Assembly (NCBI GenBank): GCA_963764715.1 | Contig: CAVXTP010000017.1 | Span: 32,001-96,000 of the forward strand | Direction: 5' to 3' | Source: an uncultured Acidobacteriota bacterium | GTDB taxonomy: Bacteria; Acidobacteriota; Thermoanaerobaculia; UBA5066; Gp7-AA6 | DNA length: 64,000 nucleotides | Shown: positions 1 through 13,221 of the stretch, in pieces | Layout of the letters: each line of letters starts with the position of its first letter | Position numbering within the stretch: the first letter of the stretch is position 1 | Notes under the pieces: model-generated | The model's database searches: none | What the model was told of the DNA's origin: nothing | The model's input: only the letters and a program-made list of their open reading frames with translations | Translations under genes and position numbers: made by a program

Positions 1-2382
1 CACCTGCGCCAGCACGAGCACCGTCATGATGGCCAATCCGCGTTGCGTGGCGTCCTTGAAGAGCTCGGCGAAGTGGCCGGCCGTCACCGGAAGGCTCAGC
101 ATGAACCGGCTCAAGGGCGGCGCCGGCGTCATGCCGGGCAGGTTGATCCAGTTGGGCAGCGCGTTCGAGGCCGAGAACGCCAGCGAGATCCCGGCGCCCA
201 CCAGGAGCCCGACGAGGACGTCGCGCCCGACGAGCGGGTCCCGGAACCGGCCGGCGAGCACCCGGCTCCAGGAAAAGAGCAGGTCCGGCCAGCGGCGCCG
301 CACGATGGGCTCGATCGCGACGTAGACCACCCACGCGAACGCGGCGTCGAAGAGTCCGTTGGCGATCGCGTTGAAGAGGAGCCCGGACTCTTCGCCGGGC
401 GCCGAAACGTGGTGCGCCTGGAAGAGCCACGAGAGAAGGTAGAGCGCGAACATGAAGGCCGCCACGCGAAACGCCCCGCGGCGGTCGCCCCGGCCCATGC
501 GCAGGTTCCGGCGGGCGACGAGAGCGCCGGCGACCATGATGGAGAGGATCACGAAGAGGATCGCGGCGTCTCGCGCGATGATCCCGGCCGCGCGCGGCGC
601 CGCCTGCATCCGCTCGGGACGGCTCCATGGACCGATGATCTCGAAGGAGACGGGCCGGCCCCGCCGGGCGGCGGCGCTCACGTGGATCGGGACGTTCGGT
701 GTCGATGCGTAGGCGCCGTCCCAGTCCTCGCGCGCGTCGAAGGGCTCGCTCGGCAGCCAGCGCGGCATCGATGCCGTGAAGCGCGCCGGATCGAGGCCGG
801 CGGCCGCGAAAAGCGGCTTCCAGTCGGGCGCCGGAGCCGATCCCGGGGGCTCGACCTGGGGCGGCGCCGCGCGAAAGCGGACGAGATTTCCGCGGGCGTC
901 GAGCTCGACCAGGACCGTGCCCGAGACCTCGAAGGCGGGATCGTTCGAGCCGACCCGGGCTTCGACCGCGAGCGGAACGAGGTCGCGCGGACTCTGCCGG
1001 TACGAGAACCACCACGGATGCGGCTGCGCCGAGGCGAGCTCGCGCAGGTTCCGCGTCGATGGAATGCTCGCGGCGCGGTAGGTCAGGTACCCGTACTGCC
1101 GCACCCACCAGGTCGCGCTGTCGGCCGGAGGCGTCGTGTAGCCGAGCGACTGCACGACCTCGCGGGCGCGGTCTTCGAGGGCGTCCGGGCTCTTCGGAAA
1201 AGGCGCCACGCCCTGGTCGGTCGCGTATCGCGCCAGAATCACGACCCCGGCGACGAGCGCCAGCGTCGCGCCGAGAAGCGTCCAGGCCTTCGCCGGCGCG
1301 AGCGCGCCCTGCTCGCCTGCGGCGGCGATCATCTCGGGGGAGGGCGTCTCGCCCGCGGCGAGCGCGGCCGCGAGGGGATCGCCCCCCGGAAGCGCCGCCG
1401 CGATCTGGGCAGCCGACGCGGGGCGGGCGGCCGGGTCCTTCTCCAGGCAGCGCAGGATCACGCGCTCGACGACGGGGTCGAAGCCCGGCGAAACCGTCGA
1501 CGGCGACGCCGGCGATTCCTCCGCGTGCTTGCGCTTCAACTCCTGGAAGGTCGCGCCCTCGAAGGCCTTTCTCCCGGTGTAGAGCTCGTAGAGAACGAGG
1601 CCGAGCGAGTAGACGTCGCTCCGGACCGACGCGCCCTTGCCCGCGAGCTGCTCCGGCGCCATGTACGCGGGTGTGCCGGAGACCTCGCCCTCCGTGACCT
1701 CGCCCGCCGCGACCGCCAGGCCGAAGTCCGTGATCCGCGCGCGCCCGCGCCCGTCGACCATGACGTTGGCGGGCTTCAGGTCCCGGTGCAGCACGCCCTT
1801 GTCGTGCGCCGCGGCGAGCCCGGCGCAGAGCTCGCGGGCGATGTCGAGAGCCTTGTCCGGGGGAAGGCGCCCGATGCGCTTGAGGAGCGACGCGAGGTCC
1901 TCGCCGTCGACGTACTCCATCGAAAGGTACTGCTGCCCTTCGATCTCGCCGACGTCGTAGACGCGGCAGACGTTCGGGTGCGACACCTGGCGCGCGATGC
2001 GGACCTCCGCGTAGAAGCGCTCGAGCCGCTCGGGGTCCGAGGCGAGGTGGCGCGGGAGGAACTTGAGCGCGACCGGCTGGCCGAGCTTCAGGTCGTCGGC
2101 GCGGTAGACCTCGCCCATCCCGCCGCGGCCGAGCAGCCCGATGACACGGTAGCGCTCGGCGAGGATCGCTCCCGGCGTGAAGCCGCCCGAGTCGATCGTC
2201 TCCGTCGCCGCGAGGCGGCCGACCTTCGACGAGGACGGGCTGCGCCGGCGCGCCGCTTCGGCGACCGAGGGTGACGCCAGGTTCGTCGGCATCTGCGAGA
2301 CGGAGGAAATCCCCTCGCCGCAGGACGGACAGAACCGCGCCGAGGCCGGAACCTCGGCGGAGCACTTGGGACACAGGATCAA
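1..2382 (-). CDS. Zinc-ribbon + Hanks-type Ser/Thr protein kinase with multi-TM C-terminus (3' end runs off the window)
   Basis: Read manually on the minus strand: TTG start, CPKC...CPSC zinc ribbon, LGRGGMGEVY, VALKFL, HRDLKPANVM, ITDFGLA, GTPAYMAPEQ, then hydrophobic segments. Absent from the ORF track because there is no stop codon in the window. Confidence 0.9.
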   Translation of the reverse strand, partial: MILCPKCSAEVPASARFCPSCGEGISSVSQMPTNLASPSVAEAARRRSPSSSKVGRLAATETIDSGGFTPGAILAERYRVIGLLGRGGMGEVYRADDLKLGQPVALKFLPRHLASDPERLERFYAEVRIARQVSHPNVCRVYDVGEIEGQQYLSMEYVDGEDLASLLKRIGRLPPDKALDIARELCAGLAAAHDKGVLHRDLKPANVMVDGRGRARITDFGLAVAAGEVTEGEVSGTPAYMAPEQLAGKGASVRSDVYSLGLVLYELYTGRKAFEGATFQELKRKHAEESPASPSTVSPGFDPVVERVILRCLEKDPAARPASAAQIAAALPGGDPLAAALAAGETPSPEMIAAAGEQGALAPAKAWTLLGATLALVAGVVILARYATDQGVAPFPKSPDALEDRAREVVQSLGYTTPPADSATWWVRQYGYLTYRAASIPSTRNLRELASAQPHPWWFSYRQSPRDLVPLAVEARVGSNDPAFEVSGTVLVELDARGNLVRFRAAPPQVEPPGSAPAPDWKPLFAAAGLDPARFTASMPRWLPSEPFDAREDWDGAYASTPNVPIHVSAAARRGRPVSFEIIGPWSRPERMQAAPRAAGIIARDAAILFVILSIMVAGALVARRNLRMGRGDRRGAFRVAAFMFALYLLSWLFQAHHVSAPGEESGLLFNAIANGLFDAAFAWVVYVAIEPIVRRRWPDLLFSWSRVLAGRFRDPLVGRDVLVGLLVGAGISLAFSASNALPNWINLPGMTPAPPLSRFMLSLPVTAGHFAELFKDATQRGLAIMTVLVLAQV

Positions 2383-2399
2383 GGTGGGAGAATTCTAGT

Positions 2400-2468
2400 G
2401 GGGTCAGGTCTTCATTTTTCAGCCGTTGCGAACTATCCGCCCGAGCCGAAAAATGAAGACCTGACCCC
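2400..2468. repeat. Palindromic repeat family A (GGGGTCAGGTCTTCATTTTTC...GAAAAATGAAGACCTGACCCC)
   Basis: Perfect 21-bp inverted arms; the same arms recur at 3052, 4325, 4395, 7212 and 57153. Confidence 0.9.
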
Positions 2469-2481
2469 CCGGGGGAGTCAA

Positions 2482-3021
2482 CTACCGCTTGGTCGATTTT
2501 CCTTCGGCCGCCGTCGTCCAGGTCTTGCCGTCCTCGGAGGTCTCCCACTTGAAGGTCTGCGTCGTCGGGGACGTCACGACGACGGTGTACTTCGAATGAA
2601 TGATCTTGCCGCCCATCTTGTCCTGGCCGCTCCAGTTCCAGGTGTTCCCGGCGTTGGTGCCCGTCGCCGAGCCCATCATGCCCATGCTGTCGAAGCCCAT
2701 GTACTTGTAGACGTTCTCCTCGGGGCTCCAGCCGAGGATCGCCTCGCTCTTCATCTTGCCCATCGCGCCCGCGCCGCTCTCGCGGCAGACGAGCTGGAAG
2801 CCGCCGTCAAACCAGGCGCAGTCCTGCTCGTTCGTCATCTTGCCGCCCGGTCCCCAGGGGCCGGGCTTCATCTCCGCCTCGCCCTTCCACTTTCCGGCGA
2901 AGACCTCGAGCTTCTTGGTCTCCGGGCCGGGCTTGGGCGGCCCCGCGGGCTGCTGGGCCGAGGCGATTCCCGCCGAAACGATCACCGCCACGCTGAGAGC
3001 ACCGATCGCTGATTTCCGCAT
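2482..3021 (-). CDS. Exported DUF1579-like beta-barrel protein
   Basis: GGAGGA RBS then MRKSAIGALSVAV signal peptide; 'KPGPETKKLEVFAGKW' and 'SEDGKTW' motifs; paralog of the adjacent gene. Confidence 0.75.
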   Translation of the reverse strand: MRKSAIGALSVAVIVSAGIASAQQPAGPPKPGPETKKLEVFAGKWKGEAEMKPGPWGPGGKMTNEQDCAWFDGGFQLVCRESGAGAMGKMKSEAILGWSPEENVYKYMGFDSMGMMGSATGTNAGNTWNWSGQDKMGGKIIHSKYTVVVTSPTTQTFKWETSEDGKTWTTAAEGKSTKR

Positions 3022-3051
3022 CGCTCCTCCTTTTCGAATGTCCGTCGAAAA

Positions 3052-3074
3052 CCGAAAAATGAAGACCTGACCCC
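3052..3074. repeat. Family A half copy (right arm only)
   Basis: ccgaaaaatgaagacctgacccc abuts the stop codon of the 3075-3605 gene. Confidence 0.85.
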
Positions 3075-3605
3075 CTACTTTTTCGTGACGCGGCCTTCCA
3101 TGACGGGCGTCCAGGTCTTCCCGTCCCGGGAGGTCTCGGCCTTGAAGTCGTAGCTCGTCGCCGTGCCCTCGGTGATGGTGTAGCGCGTCTGGAAGGACGA
3201 GTCGCCGAGCGTGTGCTCGCCGGTGTAGGTCCAGACCTTTCCGGCGACCCGGCCCGCCGCGCTCTCGTTCTCCCCCAGGCTGTTGAAGCCGTTCCAGGTG
3301 TAGACCTTCTCCGCGGCGTCGTAGCCCAGGACGCCGAGGCCGTGCATCGCTCCCATCGGTCCCGAGCCCTCCGAGCGGCAGACGACGAAGAACCCGCCCG
3401 GCATCTTCTGGCAGTCGTCCTCGCCCGACATCGCCCCGCCGGCTCCCCAGGGCCCGGCCTTCATGGTGCCGGTCGACTGCCACCGGCCGACGAAGTAGTC
3501 CAGCCGCGCGAGCTCCGGCCCGGCCTTCGCCGGATCCGGCAGCGCCAGCGCGGCGGCGGCGGCTGCCGAGAGGACAGTCACGAGGACGATCCGGGCGGAG
3601 CGCAT
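3075..3605 (-). CDS. Exported DUF1579-like protein (tandem paralog)
   Basis: Signal peptide; GPELARLDYFVGRW, MKAGPWG and SRDGKTW align with 2482-3021. Confidence 0.75.
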   Translation of the reverse strand: MRSARIVLVTVLSAAAAAALALPDPAKAGPELARLDYFVGRWQSTGTMKAGPWGAGGAMSGEDDCQKMPGGFFVVCRSEGSGPMGAMHGLGVLGYDAAEKVYTWNGFNSLGENESAAGRVAGKVWTYTGEHTLGDSSFQTRYTITEGTATSYDFKAETSRDGKTWTPVMEGRVTKK

Positions 3606-3673
3606 CGGCGTTTTTTCCCCCTCCTGAAATTCTATTCAACGCGGCCGCCGGTTTCTTTGGATATCCTGCGCAG

Positions 3674-4210
3674 ATGAACAAGCTTTCGACACGGCTCATC
3701 GCCGCCGCCGCCCCCCTGATCGCCGCCGCCGTCCTTCTCGCGGCCGACGGAACCGCCGGAGGCGTCCGGTGGACCGTCCCCTCGACCTGGTCCGCCGCCA
3801 AGGAACGGCCGATGCGGGTGGCGACGTACGCCATCCCCGCCGCGGCCTCCCAGGAGGCGGGCGAGTGCGGGGTCTTCTTCTTCGGACAGGGCCAGGGAGG
3901 CTCCGTCGACGAGAACCTTTCGCGCTGGGTGGGCCAGTTCGAGTCCCCCTCGACCCCGAAGAAGGGCGAGCGGACCGTCAACGGCCTCAAGGTCCACACG
4001 ATCGACGTCTCCGGGACCTATCTCGCCCCCGGCGGGCCCATGATGCAGTCGCAGGGCAAGAAGGCCGGCTGGCGCCTCCTCGGCGCGATCGTCGAAGCGC
4101 CCGAGGGGATGGTCTTCTTCAAGTGCACGGGCCCCTCCGCGACGATCGTGAAGGCGGAGAAGGATTTCGAGGCGCTGCTGAAGTCGATCACGAAGGCGGC
4201 GAAGGCGTAA
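3674..4210 (+). CDS. Exported hypothetical protein
   Basis: 178-aa ORF with signal peptide and coding-like codon usage; GGSVDENLSRWVGQF. Confidence 0.75.
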   Translation: MNKLSTRLIAAAAPLIAAAVLLAADGTAGGVRWTVPSTWSAAKERPMRVATYAIPAAASQEAGECGVFFFGQGQGGSVDENLSRWVGQFESPSTPKKGERTVNGLKVHTIDVSGTYLAPGGPMMQSQGKKAGWRLLGAIVEAPEGMVFFKCTGPSATIVKAEKDFEALLKSITKAAKA

Positions 4211-4217
4211 GGGCGAA

Positions 4218-4275
4218 GGGCGGCCACAAGGGCCGCCCCTACTCCGGTCGTAGGGGCGGGGCTTGTCCCCGCCCT
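4218..4275. repeat. GTAG-type REP pair (family B)
   Basis: gggcggccacaagggccgcccctac and gtaggggcggggcttgtccccgccct directly after a stop codon. Confidence 0.85.
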
Positions 4276-4298
4276 TCTCGGTCGGACGGCCAAAAGTA

Positions 4299-4486
4299 GC
4301 GTAGACCGGGGTCAAGCGTAGACCGGGGTCAGGTCTTCATTTTTCGGCTCTCTCTTGCAGTTCGCGACGGCCGAAAAATGAAGTAAGAGACCGCGGGGTC
4401 AGGTCTTCATTTTTCTGCTCTCGTTTGCAGTTCGCGACGGCCGAAAAATGAAGACCTGACCCCACTCAGGACCTGACCCCACTCAG
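4299..4486. repeat. Two tandem family A elements with duplicated flanks
   Basis: Copies at 4325-4383 (right arm truncated) and 4395-4463; gcgtagaccggggtca occurs twice on the left and gacctgaccccactcag twice on the right. Confidence 0.85.
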
Positions 4487-7143
4487 TACCGCGACAGCTC
4501 CTCCCGCAGGCTTCCCTCCTGCGCTCCGCGCAGGGCGATGCAGAGCTCCATGCCTTCGAGAACCTGCGCGAGGTTGCGCGAGCCGCCCGGAAGCTTCTCG
4601 GCGCGGCCGGCGAAGAACTCGGCGACCTCCTGGCGGTGCGGAGCGTCGCAGAAGCCCTCCGCGAAGTACGGCATGAAGCCGGTCGCCTCGCGGGGCATGC
4701 GAGCGACGATCGCGTCGTAGTTCGACTTCATGAACTGCCACGAGGCCTCGCGCCCGACCGGAAAGCCGAGCGCGGAGTAGAGGATCGCGTCGGCCTCGCG
4801 CGGGTCGAAGTCGCCCGCGAGGGCGAACGCCATAGCGTCCTTCGCGAGCGCCGGGTTCCCGAACGCGCCGAGGCCGCGGAAGAGGCGGACGCGGTCGCGC
4901 CGCTCCTTCGCGGTCTTCACGCCCTCCCGGTAGGCGTCGAAGAGGGCCCGGTCGCCGTGCCGCGCCGCGCTCTCGAGCACCCCCGAGACCATCTCGGCCT
5001 CGACCGCCGACCGGTCCTTCAGCCACGCGAGGGCGAGCCGGCGCGCCTCGGCCTGGAGCGCGGGCTCGTCGCCGTCCATCGCGACGTACGGCACGAGCGA
5101 GGAGCGCAGGAGGCGGGTCTCCTCGCTGTCGCCGGCCTTGCTCGCGAAGCCGAGCGCGCGCGCCCTGGCGCCGTAGGTCTTCGAGACGTAGCGCGCGTAA
5201 GCCGGCCGCAGGTCCTCGGGCAGCACCTTTTCCCCGGCGTCGGAGGAGATCCGCAGGGCGGCCTGAACGATCTGGCGCTCGGAGTCGCCCGCGAAGCGCG
5301 GCGCGAGCGCCATCGCCCGGCCGAGCGGAAAGGCCCCGCCCATCGCGAGGGCGTCGAGGTCGCGCAGGAGCCCGACCCGCTCCGCGACCGTCAGCTTCGC
5401 GTCCGCGACCGACATCAGCTTCTCGAGCAGGTCGCCGCGGTACACCGCCCGGTAGTAGCCGAGCTCGCCGTCGTTGCCGAGGACCCACGCCGGGCAGCCG
5501 CCGTCCGGCGACGGCGCCGGCATCGCGCCCGAGACGTCCGTCAAGAGCGCGCACTCCTTCGCGCCGTCACCGGTCCTCGCGCAGACGGGGATCTGCCACG
5601 TCTGCCCCGGCGCGCCGGCCGATCCGACCGGGAGGAAGCGCTTCTGCGCGAGCGACAGCTTCGCGCCGCCGCCGCCGCCGCCGCAGTCGAGCGCGACGTC
5701 GACGAGCGGCACGCCCGCCTGGTCGAGAAAGCTCGAGAACGCGGCCGCGACACCCGGGCGGCTCTCGGCCTCGATCGCCGCGAGAAATTCCCGGGAGGTC
5801 GCCGTGCCGTAGGGATGCTCCTTCATGTACCGGCGCACGCCCGCGCGGAACCGGTCCGACCCGATCCACGCCTCGAACATCGAGATGACCGCGCCGCCCT
5901 TCTGATACGAGATGCCGTCGAACGCGTTGTAGATGTCGTCGGACGTCACGATCTCCTGCCGGATCTTGCGCGCCGAGACGAGCGTGTCCCCCGCCATCAC
6001 GTTCGAGCGGTCGACGACCCGGTCGATCGCGACTCCCCAGCCGGGCTGCCACTCCTGCATCGTGCGGTCGGCCATCCAGGTCGCGAAGGACTCGTTCAAC
6101 CACACGTCGTCCCACCACGCCAGCGTCACGTAGTCGCCGAACCACTGGTGCGCCATCTCGTGGGCGTTGATCGAGGCCTGGATGCGCTTGAACTTGATCG
6201 TCTCCTCCTGCGGCGGGGCGAGCAGCACCGACTCGGCCCACGTGATGAGCCCGGCGTTCTCCATCGCGCTGAAGGTCACGGCCTGGGGAATGACGAGCTG
6301 GTCGAGCTTCGCGAAGGGAAACGGCATGCCGAAGTAGGCCTCGAGCCGCTCGAGGATCGGGCCCGTCGTCTCGACCGCGTAGCGGGCGCGCGAGGCCTTG
6401 CCCTTCGGGACGACGATGCGAATCGGCGTCTTCTTCATGCCGGCGCGCCCGGCGTCGACGTAGTCGAAGGGACCGACGCCGAACGCGACGAGGTAGGCCG
6501 GCAACGGCTCGGTCTTCGCGAAGCGCACGACGCGGCCGCCGCCCGGCGCGGGCGAGTCGGACACGATCGGCGTGTTCGACAGGGCGCTGACTCCGGCGGG
6601 GATCGTCAGCGTCAGCTCCCAGGGCGACTTGTAGGAGGGCTCGTCGAAGCACGGGAAGGCGCGCCGGCCGTCGGTCGACTCGAGCTGCGTGTAGACGTAC
6701 CAGGCGTCGCCGTCCTTCTGGCGGAAGACCCCCTGCGTCGAGGTTTCGGCGATCGAGCCCGTGTACTCGACGTGGAGCGTCAGCTCGCCCGCCGCGACCG
6801 GCTTCTCGAAGGCGAAGCCCAGGAAGTCGTCTCCGCCCGGCACCACGCGGACCGCGACGGGGGAGCCGCCCGCCGACGCCGTCGCCTTCTCGACCTTCAG
6901 CTCCGTCGCGTTCAGCCAGAGGAGGTCGGTCGGCGCGGAGAGCCGGATTCCGATGTCGACCGCGCCGCGGAACGTCGTCTCGTCGGGGTCGACCGTCAGC
7001 GCCACCCGGTAGCCCGTCGGCGCCGCCGTCGCGGGCAGCCGCAGCTTCGGCGGCTCGGGGTCCGGGGCGGCGAGGGCCGGCCCGGCGGCCAGGACGAGGG
7101 CGGCGGCGAGGCGCAAACGGCGCAAAACGCGTCCTTCCGGCAT
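4483..7143 (-). CDS. Exported M1 family aminopeptidase with ERAP1-like C-terminal domain
   Basis: SAMEN exopeptidase motif, HEMAHQWFG...WLNESFA zinc motif, YQKGG, RRAFPCFDEP; signal peptide. Confidence 0.93.
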   Translation of the reverse strand: MPEGRVLRRLRLAAALVLAAGPALAAPDPEPPKLRLPATAAPTGYRVALTVDPDETTFRGAVDIGIRLSAPTDLLWLNATELKVEKATASAGGSPVAVRVVPGGDDFLGFAFEKPVAAGELTLHVEYTGSIAETSTQGVFRQKDGDAWYVYTQLESTDGRRAFPCFDEPSYKSPWELTLTIPAGVSALSNTPIVSDSPAPGGGRVVRFAKTEPLPAYLVAFGVGPFDYVDAGRAGMKKTPIRIVVPKGKASRARYAVETTGPILERLEAYFGMPFPFAKLDQLVIPQAVTFSAMENAGLITWAESVLLAPPQEETIKFKRIQASINAHEMAHQWFGDYVTLAWWDDVWLNESFATWMADRTMQEWQPGWGVAIDRVVDRSNVMAGDTLVSARKIRQEIVTSDDIYNAFDGISYQKGGAVISMFEAWIGSDRFRAGVRRYMKEHPYGTATSREFLAAIEAESRPGVAAAFSSFLDQAGVPLVDVALDCGGGGGGAKLSLAQKRFLPVGSAGAPGQTWQIPVCARTGDGAKECALLTDVSGAMPAPSPDGGCPAWVLGNDGELGYYRAVYRGDLLEKLMSVADAKLTVAERVGLLRDLDALAMGGAFPLGRAMALAPRFAGDSERQIVQAALRISSDAGEKVLPEDLRPAYARYVSKTYGARARALGFASKAGDSEETRLLRSSLVPYVAMDGDEPALQAEARRLALAWLKDRSAVEAEMVSGVLESAARHGDRALFDAYREGVKTAKERRDRVRLFRGLGAFGNPALAKDAMAFALAGDFDPREADAILYSALGFPVGREASWQFMKSNYDAIVARMPREATGFMPYFAEGFCDAPHRQEVAEFFAGRAEKLPGGSRNLAQVLEGMELCIALRGAQEGSLREELSRY

Positions 7144-7211
7144 TTCGAATGCTCCTTTGGACAGACTTCGACCCCGATTTATCCGGATGCCGCGGGGAAA
7201 GGTTTTTTCCG

Positions 7212-7280
7212 GGGGTCAGGTCTTCATTTTTCGGCTGCCCCGAGAAGTTCCCGAAATCTGAAAAATGAAGACCTGACCCC
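7212..7280. repeat. Family A palindromic element
   Basis: Same 21-bp inverted arms, between divergent genes. Confidence 0.9.
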
Positions 7281-7306
7281 GGTAGACTGCCCCGCCGGAG
7301 GGCCGC

Positions 7307-9373
7307 ATGCCGTTTTTCGCCGCCGCCATTCTCGCGGGAGTCCTCGCCGTGGCCGTCCCGCAGGGAGGTCAAACCGAAGCCATGAAGCAGACGATGGCCC
7401 GCCTCGAGAACGAGCTCGTCGCGAAGTACGGCCAGTCCGAGCGGCCCCGCATCCAGATGGGGATCCAGCAGGCGGCGAGCTTCTGGCGGCCGGAAGACGG
7501 CGACGAGAAAGCCTTCGGCGAGGTCGTGACGACTTACATCGCCGCCGACTCGACCGTCCGCAACGCCCTCTTCTCCCGCATGGAGCGCTCGCTCGAGTCG
7601 CTCGACGGCCACATGAACGAGATCGCCCGGGACTTCCGGTGGCAGTCGGACCTCGACCTCGGCGAGATCTATCCCTTCGACGAGGTCCTCGCCGGCTACG
7701 ATCCGTCGGCGCACTTCGTCGACGACTCGTTCCGCAACCGCCTCGCCTTCGCCGTCCTCCTGAACTTTCCGGTCACGACGCTCAAGGAGCGGCTCGAGCA
7801 GGGGCCGTCCTGGACCCGGCGCCAGTGGGCCGAGTCGCGCCTGGCCGAGCGCTTCTCCAAGCGCGTGCCGGCGAGCGTCAACCTCGCGATCACCGAGGCC
7901 AACGCCGAGGCCGACCGCTACATCGCCCGGTACAACATCTGGACGCACCACCTCGTCGACGTCAAGGGGGTCCGCCTCTTCCCGCCGAAGATGCGCCTGC
8001 TCTCGCACTGGAACCTGCGCGACCAGATCAAGGCCGACTACTCGGACGCGAGCAACGGCGTCGCCAAGCAGCGGATCATCGCGCAGGTGTGCGACCGCAT
8101 CGTGACGCAGACGATCCCGGACGTCGTCGTCGACAATCCGTACGTCGACTGGGACCCCTTCACCAACACGGTCAAGGCCTCCCTCGAGCGCGACTCCGAC
8201 CGGGCCGCGCCGCCGGGCCTGAAGATCACGAACGCGCCCGAGCCCGACACCCGCTATGCCGTGCTGTTGAAGACCTACCAGGCGGCCCGGCTCGCCGACC
8301 CGTACTCGCCGACCGCACCGACGCTGATCGACCGACGCTTCGACGAGAACCGCCAGATCCCCGAGGACCGGGTCCGCGCCATGCTCGTCGAGGTCCTGTC
8401 CTCGCCGCTCGTCCCGAAGGTCGCGGCGATCATCGAGGGCCGGCTCGGCCGGCCGCTCGAGCCGTTCGACGTCTGGTACAACGGCTTCCGGCCGCGCGGC
8501 AAGTACACCGAGGAAGAGCTCGACGCGATCGTCCGCAAGAAGTACCCGACGGCCGAGGCCTTCCAGGAAGACATCCCGAACATCCTGATCAAGCTCGGCT
8601 TCTCGCAGGACCGCGCGCACTACGTCGCCGAGCACATCGTCGTCGACCCGGCGCGCGGCTCGGGACACGCCCTCGGCGCCGCGCGGCGGGCCGACAAGTC
8701 GCACCTGCGGACGCGCGTCGAGAAGGAAGGGATGAACTACAAGGGGTTCAACATCGCCGTCCACGAGCTGGGCCACAACGTCGAGCAGACCTTCTCGCTG
8801 AACGACATCGACTCGACGCTGCTCGCGGGCGTCCCGAACACCGCGTTCACCGAGGCCCTGGCGTTCGTCTTCCAGGCGCACGACCTCGAGCTCCTCGGCC
8901 TCGCGAAGCCCGACCCGAAGAGCGAGGCCCTGAAGACGCTGAACGACTTCTGGGCGACCTACGAAATCGCCGGCGTCGCGCTCGTCGACATGGCCGTCTG
9001 GCACTGGATGTACGACCACCCCGACGCCACGCCCGGAGAGCTGAAGGCCGCGACGCTCCAGATCTGCAAGGACCTCTGGAACCAGTACTACGCGCCGGTC
9101 TTCAAGAAGAAGGACGTGGTCCTGACGCTCGGCATCTACTCGCACATGATCCACTCGTTCCTCTACCTGCCGGACTACCCGATCGGCCACCTGATCGCGT
9201 TCCAGATCGAGCAGCAGATGAAGAAGTCCGGCAACCTCGGCTCGGAGTTCGAGCGGATGTCGAAGGCCGGCAACATCGCCCCCGACATCTGGATGACGCA
9301 GGCGACCGGGGCGCCCGTCGGCGCCGGCGCGCTCCTGAACGAGACGACGAAGGCGCTCGCCCGGCTCCAGTAG
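7307..9373 (+). CDS. Exported gluzincin metallopeptidase-like protein (M3/M2-like)
   Basis: 688 aa; GGAGG RBS, signal peptide, HELGH followed by FTEALA and later HM..YPIG. Confidence 0.7.
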   Translation: MPFFAAAILAGVLAVAVPQGGQTEAMKQTMARLENELVAKYGQSERPRIQMGIQQAASFWRPEDGDEKAFGEVVTTYIAADSTVRNALFSRMERSLESLDGHMNEIARDFRWQSDLDLGEIYPFDEVLAGYDPSAHFVDDSFRNRLAFAVLLNFPVTTLKERLEQGPSWTRRQWAESRLAERFSKRVPASVNLAITEANAEADRYIARYNIWTHHLVDVKGVRLFPPKMRLLSHWNLRDQIKADYSDASNGVAKQRIIAQVCDRIVTQTIPDVVVDNPYVDWDPFTNTVKASLERDSDRAAPPGLKITNAPEPDTRYAVLLKTYQAARLADPYSPTAPTLIDRRFDENRQIPEDRVRAMLVEVLSSPLVPKVAAIIEGRLGRPLEPFDVWYNGFRPRGKYTEEELDAIVRKKYPTAEAFQEDIPNILIKLGFSQDRAHYVAEHIVVDPARGSGHALGAARRADKSHLRTRVEKEGMNYKGFNIAVHELGHNVEQTFSLNDIDSTLLAGVPNTAFTEALAFVFQAHDLELLGLAKPDPKSEALKTLNDFWATYEIAGVALVDMAVWHWMYDHPDATPGELKAATLQICKDLWNQYYAPVFKKKDVVLTLGIYSHMIHSFLYLPDYPIGHLIAFQIEQQMKKSGNLGSEFERMSKAGNIAPDIWMTQATGAPVGAGALLNETTKALARLQ

Positions 9374-9429
9374 GAAACGCCGCGCCGGCGCGGCTTCGGG
9401 CGGCGTCGGCGCCGCGCCTTGCACGGGAA

Positions 9430-9447
9430 ATGATGCAAAAGCATCAT
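9430..9447. promoter_or_regulatory. Palindromic operator candidate ATGATGC-AAAA-GCATCAT
   Basis: Perfect 7-bp arms ending 34 nt before the nifJ ATG; near-identical site at 49802-49819. Confidence 0.6.
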
Positions 9448-9481
9448 CCCGCCCGGAGCGGGCGAACGCTACGGTCGTCTC

Positions 9482-13219
<3,738 letters not shown>

Positions 13220-13221
13220 CC

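Noticed and set aside
43-2274. 743-aa plus-strand ORF
   Set aside because: Antisense shadow of the minus-strand kinase, which carries all the recognisable motifs.
4299-4486. Possible mini CRISPR array
   Set aside because: The repeats are inverted arms, the 'spacers' are near-identical, there are only two units, and no cas genes are present.
9418-9437. Sigma-54 promoter upstream of nifJ
   Set aside because: ttgcacgggaaatgat lacks the invariant GG(-24) and GC(-12) at the correct spacing.
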